Shown here: positions 38,773 through 53,320 of the stretch, piece by piece | Layout of the letters: the number at the start of each line of letters is the position of its first letter | Position numbering within the stretch: position 1 is the stretch's first letter | Origin: Octopus vulgaris | Lineage: Eukaryota | Direction of reading: 5' to 3' | DNA length: 64,000 bases | Assembly: GCA_951406725.2 (NCBI GenBank) | Contig: OX597830.1 | Location: 14,012,001-14,076,000 of the forward strand | Translations under genes and position numbers: made by a program | The notes under the pieces: generated by a model | Told to the model about the DNA's origin: nothing | The model's database searches: none | Seen by the model: the letters and a program-made list of their open reading frames with translations, nothing else

Positions 38773-39147
38773 AAGATATGTGTGTGTGATGTATGTATAT
38801 CTGTATTGATATATATATATATATATACATACACGTGTGTCTGCGCGTGCATTATTTTTAGGTAGAGTAAGGAGAAAGTGAAGTATTTGTGAATAAAAAA
38901 AACTCTACAATCCAAATTTCAGAAAAAAAACAAAAAAAAAACAGAATGATTGTTAATAAATCATTGAATCTTTGATTATAGATCGACTAACATTTTTGTT
39001 TTTGTGACTAATTTTCTACTGACATTTTATGTATAACACCCAAACTTTGAGGGAATTGAGAGCGGGTGGGCGAAAAAAAAAAGTACCAAAGAACAACAAA
39101 AAAAAACATGCTAAATTAAATCTAGTCTCACTACATTGATTTTATAG

Positions 39148-39442
39148 TCTTTCGTGCTGCTTCCAGGCAGTTAATTTCTTTATAACATGGTGAAGTGTAT
39201 TTTTGGGTAATGTATTGGAGAAATGTTTCAAGAAGCTTTCTCGACAGTAATTCCGAACAAATGCACCTAATTACTTTTCCCTTTATGAACGCAGTGATGT
39301 GAAGTAAAATAAAATTAACGCAAATGCTAGGTATAGCAATTTTTATTTGGTAACATATCTAATGCCAGATCGCTGGACATATTTAAATCGCGAAGGAAGT
39401 CTAGCAAGTAATTACTTTCGGAAAATAGGATTAGAAAATAAG
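39148..39442 (+). pseudogene. Decayed class C GPCR exon (VFT lobe 2)
   Basis: Acceptor ttttatag|, donor ag|gttagt. One frame reads FRAASRQ...GEVYFWVMYW...LITF...FIW*HI*CQI (compare LxAAxR / FxFIGSDxW / AITI / EFWQHxFxC). Confidence 0.5.
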
Positions 39443-39559
39443 GTTAGTTTTGTTAGATGATTACTATGAATTTTTAACACCTCTATTTTGCTATCTCATG
39501 CCATTTTTATAAAGGAAGGGTGGGGCCCTCTATCTTTTTGGTGTTCTCTGGTGAGAAGA

Positions 39560-40003
39560 AGGCCGGAAGTTTTCTCACACCGAGGACCTGGTCTTATAAC
39601 TCTGCTGAAGGCAGTCAAAATGACAGGTGTCGGGGTTGAACCGGTCGACAAAATGTGTTCCATTCAAAAACTCATAACGCCCAGAGCCAGATCAAAGTGA
39701 CACAAATCATCGAGCCGGACTCTGTAACGATTCTGTTTACATGTCCGACGGCTTCGTAGATTGTTTTACCGCCTCCTCAACAATGTAATGTAAAACTGAT
39801 CTCAGAGAACTGAAAACTGACGAATACCCATAATAATACGCAAAATGTGCTACGTTGTCTGTGAACAAACGTATATCCACCGCGTCAAAATTTTCAAAAT
39901 ATATTGGTTTCAACTTCACACATTTAAAGTCTGCGCCAAAGCAACAGTAAAACAGGCATGCCAATAGCACATGTGTCAACATTCGTATACTCAATATTTT
40001 CAT
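39560..40003 (-). pseudogene. Antisense fragment resembling a class C GPCR first coding exon (signal peptide plus VFT start)
   Basis: ORF 40003-39737 MKILSIRMLTHVLLACLFYCCFG...SVLHYIVEEAV. With two compensating frameshifts it continues NN...YRVRLDDLCHFDLALGV / YEFLNG (compare MxFAIEEIN...YxIxDTC...AL...EF). Confidence 0.35.
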
Positions 40004-40284
40004 GCATTTTTTGGCCCATGTATAAATAAAAAATATTTTTCAGTTCCGGGTGCACTGATTGAATGCCACAGTAGAAGCAACAACTTTCGCGTGACAGGAG
40101 CAGTCCATCACTGCATGATTGGCTGAAAGGAATTTTCACAACTCCTACAATGTACTTGATAATTGGTTCCTAAATGGAACATTTCATTAGTCAGTGCATC
40201 ACATTGTGTCTCAATATGTTGCACCAAATATGTCCCACAAAATATACTTCAAGACAAGGTGACATAGGAAATCTCGTCTACATA

Positions 40285-41137
40285 CGAGATAGTATCAAAA
40301 AGTTCCCGGACTATTTCTGTAGCATGCCAACAGATGACAGCACATGGTTACGTGGGCAATAAGTGATAGCAATCAGCTTCGTGAGGCAGTGTGCCGAGTG
40401 ACATCACTGTTTATTTTGCAAGTCATTAAATTTGTGTTTTTTTTGTCCATGTGTATGTTGTAGTCTGAGAGTTTTGTAATGAACAGGAAGTTAAATCAAA
40501 TAGCCTACGTGAACTTTTGCATTAAACTAGGGAAGTCTGCTGCAGAAATATTGAGCATTCTTTGGCAAGATTACGGTGACGAGGAAATGGCTCGGGCGCT
40601 TCAAAAGCCGAAGAACATCCTTGGAAGACGATGAGCGATCTGGAAGACCATCCACGAACGTCATACTCGGAAATGTAGAGTAAATTCATCATCTTGTACA
40701 TGAGGATCGCGGAGGACAATCAACGACTGATGCTGTTGATCTGTCGTATGGGTTCGAACTTGCAATTCTAACGCCTGGATTCTTCACGACGATAATGCAC
40801 CCTGTCATCGAGCTCACCTCACTCATAGGTTTCTCGTTTCGGCACCGACCCTATTCACCAGATTTAGCACCTGCGGTTCCGTCTCTTCCTCAAGATGAAA
40901 ATGCAGCTCAAAGCTCGCCATTTAACACCGTTGTTGCGATCCAGAGTGAATAGCTGAAAGTCCACGACTTGCTTACGGAAAACGACTTCCAAGCCGGATT
41001 CCAAAAGTGGCAGGAACTGTGGGACTGGTGTATTGCTGCGCAAAGTGACTGTTTCAAAGGAGATAATATTAAACTTAGGCAAATATGTTATTTTTTATTA
41101 AACATAATTAGTCTAGGAACTTTTTGATATCATCTCG
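40285..41137 (+). mobile_element. Internally deleted mariner transposon (853 bp)
   Basis: 29-bp TIRs (CGAGATAGTATCAAAAAGTTCCCGGACTA; 4 mismatches) with TA on both sides. Remnants FCIKLGKSAAE, SLEDDERSGRPST, WILHDDNAPCH, PYSPDLAP. Confidence 0.95.
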
Positions 41138-41189
41138 TACTTCAAGAAGAAACTCTCTGCTACTGACATGCAAATTATTAAACTTTAGT

Positions 41190-41570
41190 ACCGTGCTAAC
41201 GATTCTTCTAACTCGCCACTTTTATACTAATAATAAAAATAATAATAATCCTTTCTACTGAAAACACAATGCCTGAAATTTGGTGGGAGAAGACCAGTCG
41301 ATTACATCGACCCCGGTGTTTCACTGGTACTTAATTTATCGACCCCGAAATGATGAAAGGCAAAGTCGACGTCAGCGGAATTTGAACTCAGAACGTAGCA
41401 GCAGACGGACGAAATAGGGCTAAGCATTTTACCCGGTGTGCTAACGATTTTGCCAGCTCAACTCCCACTGATAATAATTATTATTTCTACTCTACTCACA
41501 AGGCCTTGAGAATTTTGGCGGGAGCGGGGCTAGTCGATTACATCGAATCCAGTGCGTAACTGGTACTTAT
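41190..41570 (-). mobile_element. SINE B copy plus flanking family B fragments
   Basis: Reverse complement of the family B core at ~41295-41460. Confidence 0.8.
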
Positions 41571-41963
41571 ATATATATATATGTATGCATGCATACACAC
41601 ACAGATGCATGCATATATACATACATGTGTGTATACACATGCTCACTGATGCACATACATGCGTACAAACAAACAAGCAAACAACGCAGCTTCGATAATG
41701 GACAAAGTCAACGAATATTGAAGAGGTTGCAAGAAGCAACGAAGATTTTAGAAAAAATAAATAAGTAAATGAATGGAAATCGAACCGGTGCGTGTGTTAA
41801 TTAAGAAGGCATTAAAACAGAATGACTCTCCCCAGACACAATAGGCTTCAACAGACGAATTCAAATAAAGTATCTTGCAAACCAAATACAAAAACGAAAT
41901 ATATATATATATGTATATATGTGTGTGTGTGTGTGTGTGTATGAATATATATATGTATGCATG

Positions 41964-41996
<33 letters not shown>

Positions 41997-41997
41997 T

Positions 41998-42094
<97 letters not shown>

Positions 42095-42663
42095 TTACAC
42101 ATATAGCTCTACGGTAATTAAATTTATATGCATGTGTTTGTACTTGATTTTAAACATAGCGAATATAATTTATTTTTTGTATATGATACATGTAGATATA
42201 CACAGCACTTATATTCATATGCATAGATATATTTGTGTATACATATACATATATATGTATATGTATACTTATATGTGTATATATATGTGTGAGTGTGTTT
42301 GTATCTGTATGTATGTATATATATATATATGTGTGTGTATATACATACATATATACATACATACAGTGGAATGGCTAAAGAGACATATGTATATGCATAT
42401 GTGTATGCAAGCTGACACCTATTACTGTATATATATAAACAGTCTCATGCACAATATTGTACAGAATGCGCTATACAGGTGTATGTGTATGTGTTCCTGT
42501 ATTTATGTATGTGTGTATGTACGTTTGTATGTATACGCACACACAGAGACACACACATAGAGATGGACACACACACACATATGTGTATATAATTATGTGT
42601 ATGCTGTAGCAACGAATCACATGAAAAGAAGATGAATTCTTTCTTTTGATGATTCTTTCTCAG

Positions 42664-42795
42664 ATGAACTTTTCCTAATGAATATTGAGAAGAAATTTGT
42701 TAATGCAATTAATGTAACAATGAATGCTGTATATCTGTATACAGCATAGGAGAGATCACCATAAATGTGGGGTATGGGATATCTGGCGTGACTGT
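42664..42795 (+). pseudogene. Decayed class C GPCR exon (VFT, NAVY motif)
   Basis: Acceptor ttctttctcag|. Reads ELFLMNIEKKFVNAINVTMNAVYLYTA* then HHKC...DC (compare FVINAVYAMAHALH...C...C). Donor position uncertain. Confidence 0.55.
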
Positions 42796-43865
42796 GTAAG
42801 ATCAAGGAAGAAGAGGTGAAGAGGAGGGACAACGAAGAAAGAAAGAAAGAAAGAAAGAATGAGAGATTGGATGGAAGGAAGGAGAGATGCTAGGGATGGA
42901 TCAGAACAAAGCAACGGAGGGAGGGAGCAGAGAAAGAAAGAAAGAAGGAAAGAATTCAAGCAAAGAAAGAAAGAAAGAAAGAATGTAAGCAAAGAAGAAT
43001 CAAGAATTGGATACTGGAAAGTGTGAGTGTCATCTGATTAGAAACAAAAATAGAGAAACTGAAATAAAAATTAAATTATGTAAATTAGAATCCGTTAATC
43101 ATAATGAAATACATGGCAGGTCAATAAGACCGGAATGAGAGAGAGAGAATGTTGCATATGAATTAATACAGGGAGCAGATTTCTATGCTTATCATTATGA
43201 GCTTGTAAATATGCGAGTATTATGAGTATTCTATGTGTGTGTGTTTGTGTATCTGTCTGTATGTATGTATTTGTGTGTAAAAGAGAAAGATAGTTGCAGA
43301 GAGAGAGAGAGAGATGGGTAGGGACTGAGAGAGGAAAGAATGAGAGAGAGAGAGAGAGACAAGGAGAAAGAGGAAAGAGAACAGGAGTGTATTGTGCATG
43401 ATGGTCGGAGGAAGAAAAACGACGGATCAGCGTAGGCGGGAGGAAAGGTTAACGTAGGATGAGGAAGCAAAGAAAACAGAAGGAGAGTCTTAAATAAAGT
43501 CTGTTCATCATTATTCTTTGCCAAATTGAACATCTCGGCTCACCTATGTCTTGGCCTCGAGCACAAACTGCATTTTCATTAAGATTTGATGTACTTGATT
43601 GGCAGGGCGTGACCCAAAGATGGCTTCAGGTGTTATTTTTCATCTATCTCAATGTGAGACGGCAAGTATTAATGTGATCGGGCAAACATTAAAGAGACGA
43701 TCATGTTGCAAGTAAATGAAGCGTAATCAGGGAGAGAAATATGTTCTACATACACAGTTCTTTCCTCTTCTTTCTCTTTTCTCTCCCTCCTTTAAATTCT
43801 TCTTTCTTTCTTACCTTGTCGTTACCATTATCACTGTCGCTGTTGTTGTTATTATTGTTATCATT

Positions 43866-44360
<495 letters not shown>

Positions 44361-44887
44361 TCAATAGTCTTATTTTTATTGTACGCTTTCACCATACTAC
44401 AGAGCGCAGCTTCATCGACCTTGGGCATGGGCAAAGTTGTATTTTCGATTTTGTTTTTTGTATTTACTATTACATTTTCTCTATTAAAACAATGTGTGAG
44501 ATGCCAACTAGTACTATTTCTTGAGTAATTTCCACATTTGTTGTCTTAGCGTTTCCATGCTTATAAAATCATTCCTAAAAGACCTATTATTATAAGGATT
44601 TTTTCAAACTCTGCATTCAGATTATCTCTGTGGCCAGATCTTTATTTCTGGACATTCCCTCCTTTTCTTTTACAAATTCACTATCGTCTGTCGCAAACGA
44701 AATTTATATAAGAAAGAACTTTGCTAGTGGTCCTTCACAACACTATCTCCCTGGTTTGTCTTATCTTTTTGTCCTCGTAGAATGTCATATCTTATGGGAT
44801 ATCTCATCATCATTTCTGGGTCATCTAATATATGATTATGCGACTCCTTTTTCTCTCTTGTATAAATGCCAATATATAAACATCCGA

Positions 44888-45187
44888 AGGTGGTGAGGTG
44901 GCAGAATCATTTGTACGCCGGGCAAAATGATTTGCGGCATTTTGCCCAGCTTTACGTTCTGAGTTCAAATTCCGCCAAAGTCGTGTATGCCTTTCATCCT
45001 TTCTGGGTAGATAAAATAAGTACCAGCAGGAGTGGCTGTGTGGTCAGTAGCTTGCTTACCAACCACATGGTTCCGGGTTCAGTCCCACTGCGTGGCACCT
45101 AGGGCAAGTGTCTTCTGCTATAGCCTCGGGCCGACCAAAGCCTTGTGAGTGGATGGTAGACGGAAACTGAAAGAAGCCCGTCGTATG

Positions 45188-45236
<49 letters not shown>

Positions 45237-45490
45237 GTGTATGTGTTTGTGTGTCTGTGTTTGTCCCCTCACCATTGCTTGACAACCAACGGTGGTGTGT
45301 TTATGTCCCTGTAACTTAGCGGTTCAGCAAAAGAGACCGATAGAATAAGTCCTGGGGTCGATTTACTCGACTAAAAAGCGGTGCTCCAGCATGGCCGCGG
45401 TCAGATGACTGAAACAAGTAAAAGAGTAAAAGAGTCAGAGAGCACTGGGGTCAATGTTGTTGGCCTTGTGCCAAAATTTGAAACCATTAT
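44888..45490 (+). mobile_element. SINE B split by a full-length SINE A (~45028-45435)
   Basis: B head and core to 45027, then an A copy, then the B tail GCACTGGGGTC...GGCCTTGTGCCAAAATTTGAAACC. Confidence 0.88.
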
Positions 45491-45929
45491 ATAAGCACCC
45501 ATTCCTTGGCAACCATATAAAATTTTGTAAACGATTTCTTTCCAGTTTGCACATATTCTGAAGTTACTTAATGTATCTCGCTTCTACTTTCTTTCACTGA
45601 AGAAACCCTTGAAGTTCGGTGCTTGTCAGTCACAGCTTAATTTTCTTGGTCTATTTCTACCCTGTTTATTTTCATTAGGTGCTGTCTATACAACCCCATT
45701 TTAACACAGTTTTATAAGAGTTTACTTTATATCTCTTTATATCTCTTGCTGCTTTTTCTTTCTCCTCACTTCTGTTTATCACATGAACCTCCATTTTATT
45801 TATTGCTTCCTTGAAGATAGAAAACTATTTTTCATTTTAATCGTTTGTAGCTATTTGTAAGTTTTCCGTAATTTTTTGACTAAATATTATTGTAGTCCAA
45901 CAGATGATATTTCATAATACGCTTCGGGT

Positions 45930-46610
45930 TGCGTAAGGTCCTTACCTCCTTCAGTTTCTAGTACATGTCATCATTCTGTCACATTCTTCGCGCTGTTTTC
46001 TAAATACAGCAATTATTTTCCTTCTTTTTCTGTCTAGACTTGTTAATTCAGTCAGCCTCCAGGAGAGAATATTACAGCTATACACATTATTAGTGGTGCA
46101 CATTGCCTTATTTTTCTTTGCATCCTGTCCTCTTTTAAGTGTTAATCTAATGCGCTTGTAATATATTTTCCTACTTATTATTTGATTTGGGATTAGTACT
46201 CTTTCTGAACATGTCTGCATTTCTTGTATTTCTCTTATTTCAGTTTCTCGATTTAGCATCATATTAGTGTTGAGATTAATGTTTTTGCTTTATTGTTTTC
46301 AAATCTTCACAATTTATCAATTCTAGGAAATCCGTACACAATCTACAGCAATCTTTTAGTTGTTTATCATAGGAAACGCGAGTTTGTCTGTACACAAATG
46401 ACAGTTGATCACCGTCGCCACAGCATTTGTATCTGAGTCATTTCTTATTTTTATGTATCAAATTCAAAATACTTTAGATTGAACGATCATTTGTTTATAT
46501 ATATCTCTTAAGCGTCGTCATATTTTCCGGATAGGATCAGTCTGGTATTGATGCGAAGCATGCTCCGATAGTTTAGGGAGTGCTATCAAATCGTCGACCA
46601 ACCTGAACGC
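45930..46610 (-). mobile_element. Old R4/Dong-like LINE RT/thumb fragment
   Basis: YYKRIRLTLKRGQDAKKNK...YSCNILSWRLTELTSLDRKRRK parallels the same region of the element at 49981-50300; abuts (TAA)n. Confidence 0.7.
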
Positions 46611-46618
46611 ATTTAAGA

Positions 46619-46740
<122 letters not shown>

Positions 46741-46759
46741 TAATAATAATGATAGTAAT

Positions 46760-47212
46760 GCAGAAAATATTCTGCTCAATACCACAGATTTGCTTGTCAG
46801 TTGTTTGACCTTAACCAGTTGGGCATGTCCCTTAGTGGCTGACGATGTGTGCATCTCTGATCACGAGCAGAAGTAGTGGGGGAGCATCATAGCCATGTGT
46901 TGAGAGGGATTCTTTGGCGTTTGAATAATTCACCTCTGGAAACATGGGTGGTTCTTTCAACATCCTTAAACAACCCTTATTCAGGGACCTTTTGAGCAGG
47001 ATGGGCTACTCAACCTGAAGAAAATTCTAAATGGGCCCCATCCGCAAGGTCATGTGCTGTTTATCTTGATATGAGATCACCATGTCGCGCACATATGGTT
47101 GTGATGCATGTGCCTGGTGTACCCTTATCAGACGGGTAGTCATGATGGGTATATTGGGCTTCGTATATTTTACCCCAGTGTCACTTTGATGGCATGCACT
47201 GCTCTCTCACTC

Positions 47213-47281
<69 letters not shown>

Positions 47282-47840
47282 CTGCCCTGATGCAGTACCA
47301 GACACTGGCTCTCATGGCTTCTGATCTTAACTGATTGGAAGTGTTATCATGTACATGTTTTGCCATTGAATAAAAGATGGGCTACAGCAAATATTCTGCT
47401 CAATACCACAGATGTGCATGTCAATTGTTTGACCATAACCATTTGAACATGTCCCTTGCTGGCTGACTACATGTGCATCTTTGTAGATGAGCAGAAATAG
47501 TGGGAGAATATCATAGCCATGTGTTGAGAGGACTTCTTTGAAGTTTGAATAATTCATTTCTGGAAAACATGTGTGTTTCGTTCAACATCCTTAAACAGCG
47601 CTTACTCAGGGACCTTTTGAGCGGGATGGGCTCTCAACCTGAAAGAAAGTCTAACTGGGCTTCACCTGCAAGATCATGTGCTGTTTATCGTGATATGAGA
47701 TCACTATGTTGCGCATATATGGTTGTGATGCATGCGCTTGGTATACCCTTATCAGATGGGTAGTCATGATGGTTATACTGGACTTCGTATGTTATACCCC
47801 TTCGTCACTTTGATGGCATGCACTGCTCTCTCACTCAACA
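46760..47840 (+). mobile_element. Two tandem copies of non-coding repeat E (46760-47215, 47282-47840) embedded in (AAT)n
   Basis: Copies are colinear, both end GCATGCACTGCTCTCTCACTCAA and are separated by (AAT)n. Confidence 0.85.
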
Positions 47841-47852
47841 ATAATAGTTGTA

Positions 47853-48240
47853 GCATCTCAAAACGGTTACAATACCAGTGGTTGTAGGAGTACTTGGGAT
47901 GATCAAAAGAGGAACTGAAAATTACTCAAGAATGATCCCTGGATTACCATCCATGCAGGAAGTGCAAAAGATTGTCTTAACTGGTATGTCTCACATATTG
48001 AGAAGATCATTGTCGCAGTGAATTTTCTCCCCCCACCCCTTTATTGTCTTTGTTTACGTTATATTTTTTTTTTTCTTTTTCTTTGTCTTACTTCCTCTTT
48101 TTTCTATCACATGACTTTATAAATGAACAATCTGATGATTATTTTAATGGCCTACAAATGTATACAGTTCGTGTCTCTGCCCTGGATGTCAGGAAAGTAC
48201 ATGGCAAGAATAGGAAACAATTGAAAGCAGATGATAATGA
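47853..48240 (+). mobile_element. Second R4/Dong 3'-end fragment
   Basis: Colinear with 35466-35800 (HLKTVTIPVVVGVLGMIKRGTENY...). Confidence 0.85.
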
Positions 48241-48679
48241 AAGTGATAATAATAATAATTAACGGAACCCATAACAAAACCAAGCAAAATGACGTCGGGC
48301 GGATAATCATAAATACTATAAAATAGGTGATTTAGGAGTTACACAAACACATTACTATGCAACACCCCTCCAAAATCATACCTGAATAAACTCCTACTGT
48401 AAATACCCAACAAAATGAACACTACACACAACATGTGCCATAGAGAGCCGATACCCGACAGAACACAACCTGCGCTACACAAACAACACACAAGATAAAA
48501 ACTAATACAACTGAAGACTCAAAGAAAACTCCATAACAAAACGCATTGATGCAATACAATACCGCATGCGCGCCAAAACTTGCAGCACACACGACCTCAC
48601 CAACAGAATGGTACAACAAATGATGCAAAAGAAAGCTGCTTGAAACTTTCAGATATCGAGAAACAATAGTGGTAATGAA

Positions 48680-50860
48680 GATGGTTGACGAACGTTAGCT
48701 TACCTCAGTTTATGAGACAGGAATTCCGAAAATCTCTGGTTGTTACAGCGAAAATGAAGGCCCCCTCGCGCGGCAGTGGATCAGTAACGATGCAGAATGA
48801 TCGCAGCTGCTATCCTAAATCAGCATCAGCAGATAATAGAGCAAAGAGGGGGAAGTGGACCAGCGAAGAAAAGAGGACAGTGATACAGTGCTACTTAGAA
48901 AGTGAACCTAAAAGAAGGGGTGATAGAAAACGGATGTTAACACTTTGGGTAGAGAAGAGTAGTAGAGAAGGGTATTTTTAAAGTGACTGAGCAGAGATTA
49001 GTTGGTCAAGCCAATGCTATTAGGAGAAGAAAGTAGATGACAGAATTGGAGGTAGAAGAGATCAGAAGAGAACTGGAAAAGAAAGACAAATAACAACATA
49101 AGAGATACATCTCAAACTAAAGAACCTAAAGAAAAAAATAATAATAGTGCCACCAATAAAGAAGAGACAATTGGCACCAACGACTTAAGGGATTTAAGAG
49201 AGGCAAATCAGAATACTTTAGATGAGATGCAGGAAGTAATGAATAAAGAGGTAAGAGAAAGATTGCCAGCATTAAAAGACATCAACAGAAGGACGCTACA
49301 AGAAATGGTAGATTCTGTTATCAGGAGGGTAGATACTAAAAATATAGCAGACATGAACTTCTTGATCTATGCAGGAAGGGCAGTAGTCATCAGAAGATTA
49401 GATATCTCACGGGGAAATATTAAAAAGGAGCAAAAGTGGAAAAGGGTACAACAAAATACAATGAAGACTGTAAGATAAGATCTGAGTAGAATAGAAACCT
49501 GGAAACTAAACAAGTTAGGAAACACAAGATGCAAATCTTCCCTGGAGAAAAGATACCTAGTCAAAGAGAAAGGATTTGGGACAGTAATAGAAAAGTTGAA
49601 ACAATGAATTATAGCAGTAGCAGGCAAGGTCTCCAGATATCAGAAAAGAACAGATCAGTATCAACAGAATAGATTATTTGAGACAGAGCAGAGGAGATTT
49701 TGTAACCAAATAAGTAGTGGAGAAGAAAGTACTGAAGATGAGAAACGACCACGCTCATCCCACACTCATGCAGAGGAAGCTAGAAAGATCTGGAGTAATA
49801 TGTGGGATATATCAGTCAATCATAATGAAGATGCAGTATGGTTAAAGAAAGTGGGGGAAGAAGTAGTGAATGAGAAGCAGCCAGATCTAAAATTAACTAG
49901 GGCATTAATGGGTAAAGTGTTAAGGAAAATGTCGAATTGGAAAAGTCCAGGACCAGATTTAGCTCAAGACATTAAAATCATTGAAAGGGGCAGTGAGTTA
50001 TAAGTATCTAGGCATAGTAGAATCTAACAGAGTACTAACTACAGAAGTGAAAACGAAAATTGAGGTGTATATCAGAAGGGTGAGGAAGCTAATGAAGTCA
50101 AAGCTAAATAGTCCGAATCTCGTGAAAGCTGTAAATACTTCGGCAGTATTATTACTTAGATACTCTGGAGCTATTTTAGAATGGACAAAAACTGAATTAG
50201 CAAAACTAGACAGAAGCTCTAGGAAGGAATTTAATATGAATGGTGGACTCTACCCAAGAGCAGGAGTGGCAAGATTATACCTACCTAGAAAGAAAGTGGG
50301 AGATTGTGTGGAGTTAGCTACTGTAGGTATAGTCCTTAATGCTTGATCTTATGCAGCTACTAACAAACTTTCTGTCTCTCTCATCTTTCACAAGCAAGTA
50401 GGAGATTGTGTGGAGTTAGCTACAGTAGGTATAGACTGTTATGTAGGTAACTGAAGAAAGTTTGCGAAATCTTTAACAATTTTTCACAAGCTTTAGGGAA
50501 ATGAAAACACCAAACGAATCTCAAAATCGGGAAAAAGAACAGAAAGTGTCTGACTGGCAGGAGAAGGCGTTGTGTAGTGAATTCCAAAAGATAGTTTCAG
50601 CAAATAGTAGTAGTGAGATATGGTTATGGCTGCAGAAGTTATGGTTATGAGAGAGACAGAAAGTTTGTTACTAGCTGCATAAGATCAAGTATTAAGGACT
50701 AATTGGATAGACGCCAAAATAGACAAAAACCAAGTAGATTCCTAATATAGATTATGCAAGTCAAAAGCGGAAAGCGCTACTACTTATATAGTAAGTGAAT
50801 GTAGCATACAAGCACAGAAAGAATACTAGCAAAGACATGACAATCTAGGGAGAGCAACTA
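48680..50860 (+). mobile_element. Long decayed R4/Dong-clade element with the RT core deleted
   Basis: KWTSEEKRTVIQCYLESEPKRRGDRKRM...TEQRL (N-terminus). WKSPGPD is joined almost directly to YKYLGI...YIRRVRKLMKSKLN...RLYLPRKK. CCHC-like RLCK...E...IVSEC...RHDN at ~50750-50845. Confidence 0.88.
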
Positions 50861-50996
50861 GCTTGCGCAGCTTTTGTGATAGTAACTTTTAGTGGCCGTG
50901 GTGGTTGGCTTTTGTCCAACAGAAGAAAGAACAAAAAAGAATAAAAAGAATAAAAAAAAGAATAAGAAGACAACAGCTGAGGAGGCAGCAACAACA

Positions 50997-51360
50997 GTGG
51001 AGGCGCAATGGCCCAATGGTTAGGGAAGAGGACTCGCGGTCGGAGGATCGCGGCTTCGATTCCCAGACCGGGTGTTGTGTGTATTTATTGAACGAAAACA
51101 CCGAAAGCTTCACGTGGCTCTGGCAGGGGCGGGGGAGACCCCTGTTTTACTCTTTCGCCCCAACTTTCTTTCACTCTTTCTTCCTGTTTCTTGTCCCCGA
51201 CTTCCTACGCAACCGCTGAGCCTGGATGCGCATTCATCCATCCGTCGATGCTCTCGGTGTCGGGGGGTTGACCTGCTTTCTCTTCTGCGGGTCTTACGAA
51301 TAGCAAAGGACCACGTTTCGAACTTCTCCCATCTTGCGAGCTCTGGAACGAAAACCCGCT
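50997..51360 (+). mobile_element. SINE family C
   Basis: GTGGAGGCGCAATGGCCCAATGGTTAGGG...TTCGATTCCCAGACC head; sits in (CAA/CAG)n. Confidence 0.85.
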
Positions 51361-52659
51361 CAACAGCAACAGCAGCAAAACAACAACAGCTGGTTGTAGT
51401 GTTAAAGCCCATAGATTTCCCTATCACTGACTGCATCACTAAGTATAGGTAGAACAGACGCCAAAGAAGCTGCTTCTTAATTGTCTCCATTTTCGAGAGC
51501 CGATGGAGAAGGAGAAGCCGAAATATCAGCTCATCCAGCTGAGAATGCAACTAAAATTTTAAGCGACATTTTACAATTTGCATTAGTGTACAATGCTGGT
51601 TGTCTGCGTAGATGGGCTAAGTGGTATGCCACTTTTCTGTACACGACGAAGGATCCGTCCACGATGAAGGATCTGTGTACGATGATGCATATATGTTGAC
51701 AAATGCATAATTAAAAATGAGCTAGAATTAAAAACCTTCTTAAATGCAGCAGAACTGAACGTGGGGCGATTTTGTTACTTTAAGCAGGAATTTATATAAA
51801 GTGAGAATGTTTCAACCAACCACTGTATATTTGTATATGTGTATATATGTGTGATTTTGTGTATTTGTGAGCGTGTGTGTTTATGTGTGTGTGTATGTGT
51901 GTTTGTGAGAGCTTGTGCGTGCGTATTAATATTTGTAATATATACAATATTAAAATTAATATCTTTTAAATATAAAGAAAATATTTTTCGTATAAATCAT
52001 TTTAGTTGAGAGTGCGATAGATATTAACAAAAAAATCATAGTTAGACCGATAATAAAATGAAATATATTAAAAATTAGAAGCATTGTTAAAGCTATTGCA
52101 ATATAATATACTACATATTGGTAAATAATACATTAAATATTCATTCTAGATACGTATTGTAGTTTTGACACAAAAACGTTTGTAAGCGAAGACCTCGCTC
52201 TGTAAACTAAGAGATTACAGTAAAAGAATTTGGTGCCGGCAGTGGGTCTCCGTTGTTTGGCGACGAGGGTTCAGTTTTTCATTCAAATGAATCTCCTGTT
52301 CCTAAATTGTCGTATAATTGGCCAAGTATTCCACCAACAAGTGCAACTTTAAATTAAACCGCTGACAGAATCAGCTGTGTACGACAAGGCAGTACCTTTT
52401 GAATTATACCCACCTTTATTCACACGGTATGGGTCAACCCGAGGCTTTAGTAAACTACATCTACCGAATCTGCTAAACAGTGTGATTGAAACCAGGATAT
52501 CGTGGCTGTGCAGCAAATTTATTAGCTATTCGGCCAAACGGAAGAATTTACTGCATATTTAAAGAATACTGGAAACTTGTTGAAGAAACCGAAACCTCAA
52601 AAACTCTGTAATCGTCTATTTCGATTGTAAAAGGAATAGCAGTAATATTCCCAGCTAGT

Positions 52660-53320
52660 ATAGGTACAAGTTCTAAAATTTTGGGGAGAGGGTAAGTCGA
52701 CTATATCAACCTCCATGCTCAAATGGTGCTTATTTCAACAACCTCGAAAGGACGTAAGGCTTAGTCCACCGCAGCGGAATATGAATTCAGAAAGTAAGGA
52801 CGGACGAAATGACGCTAAGCATTTTTCCGGGATGCTAACGAAATCTGCCAGCTCACCAACTGATGCTATAGTAATATTAGAAATAATATATTGTAAATAT
52901 AATGTGAAAGTCTATGTGTAGATGGATGAATTTATATAGCTGGGCGTGTGCATTTGTGTATATATGTATGTACATAGGCGCAGGCGTTGCACTGCAGTAA
53001 GAAGCTTGCTTCCGAAACACTTGTTTCCGGGTTCAGTTCCACTCCGTAGAACTTAGGGCACGTGTCTTCTATTATAGCCTCGGGCCGAGAAACGCCTTGT
53101 GAGTAGATTTGGTAGACGGAAACTGAAAGAAGCCTGTCGTGTATATATGTGTGTGTGTTTGTATTTGTCTGAGTTTGTCCCCCCACCACCGCTTGACAAC
53201 CAGCGTTCGTGTGTTTATGTCCCCATAACGTAGCATTTCGGCAATAGGGACCGAGAGAAATAGTACTAGGCTTAAAATAAAAATAAGTACCGGGGTCGAT
53301 TCATTCGACTAAAAGTTCTT
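52660..53320. mobile_element. Old SINE B (minus, ~52660-52860) and old SINE A (plus, ~52976-53320)
   Basis: Diverged matches to the family consensus sequences. Confidence 0.75.
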
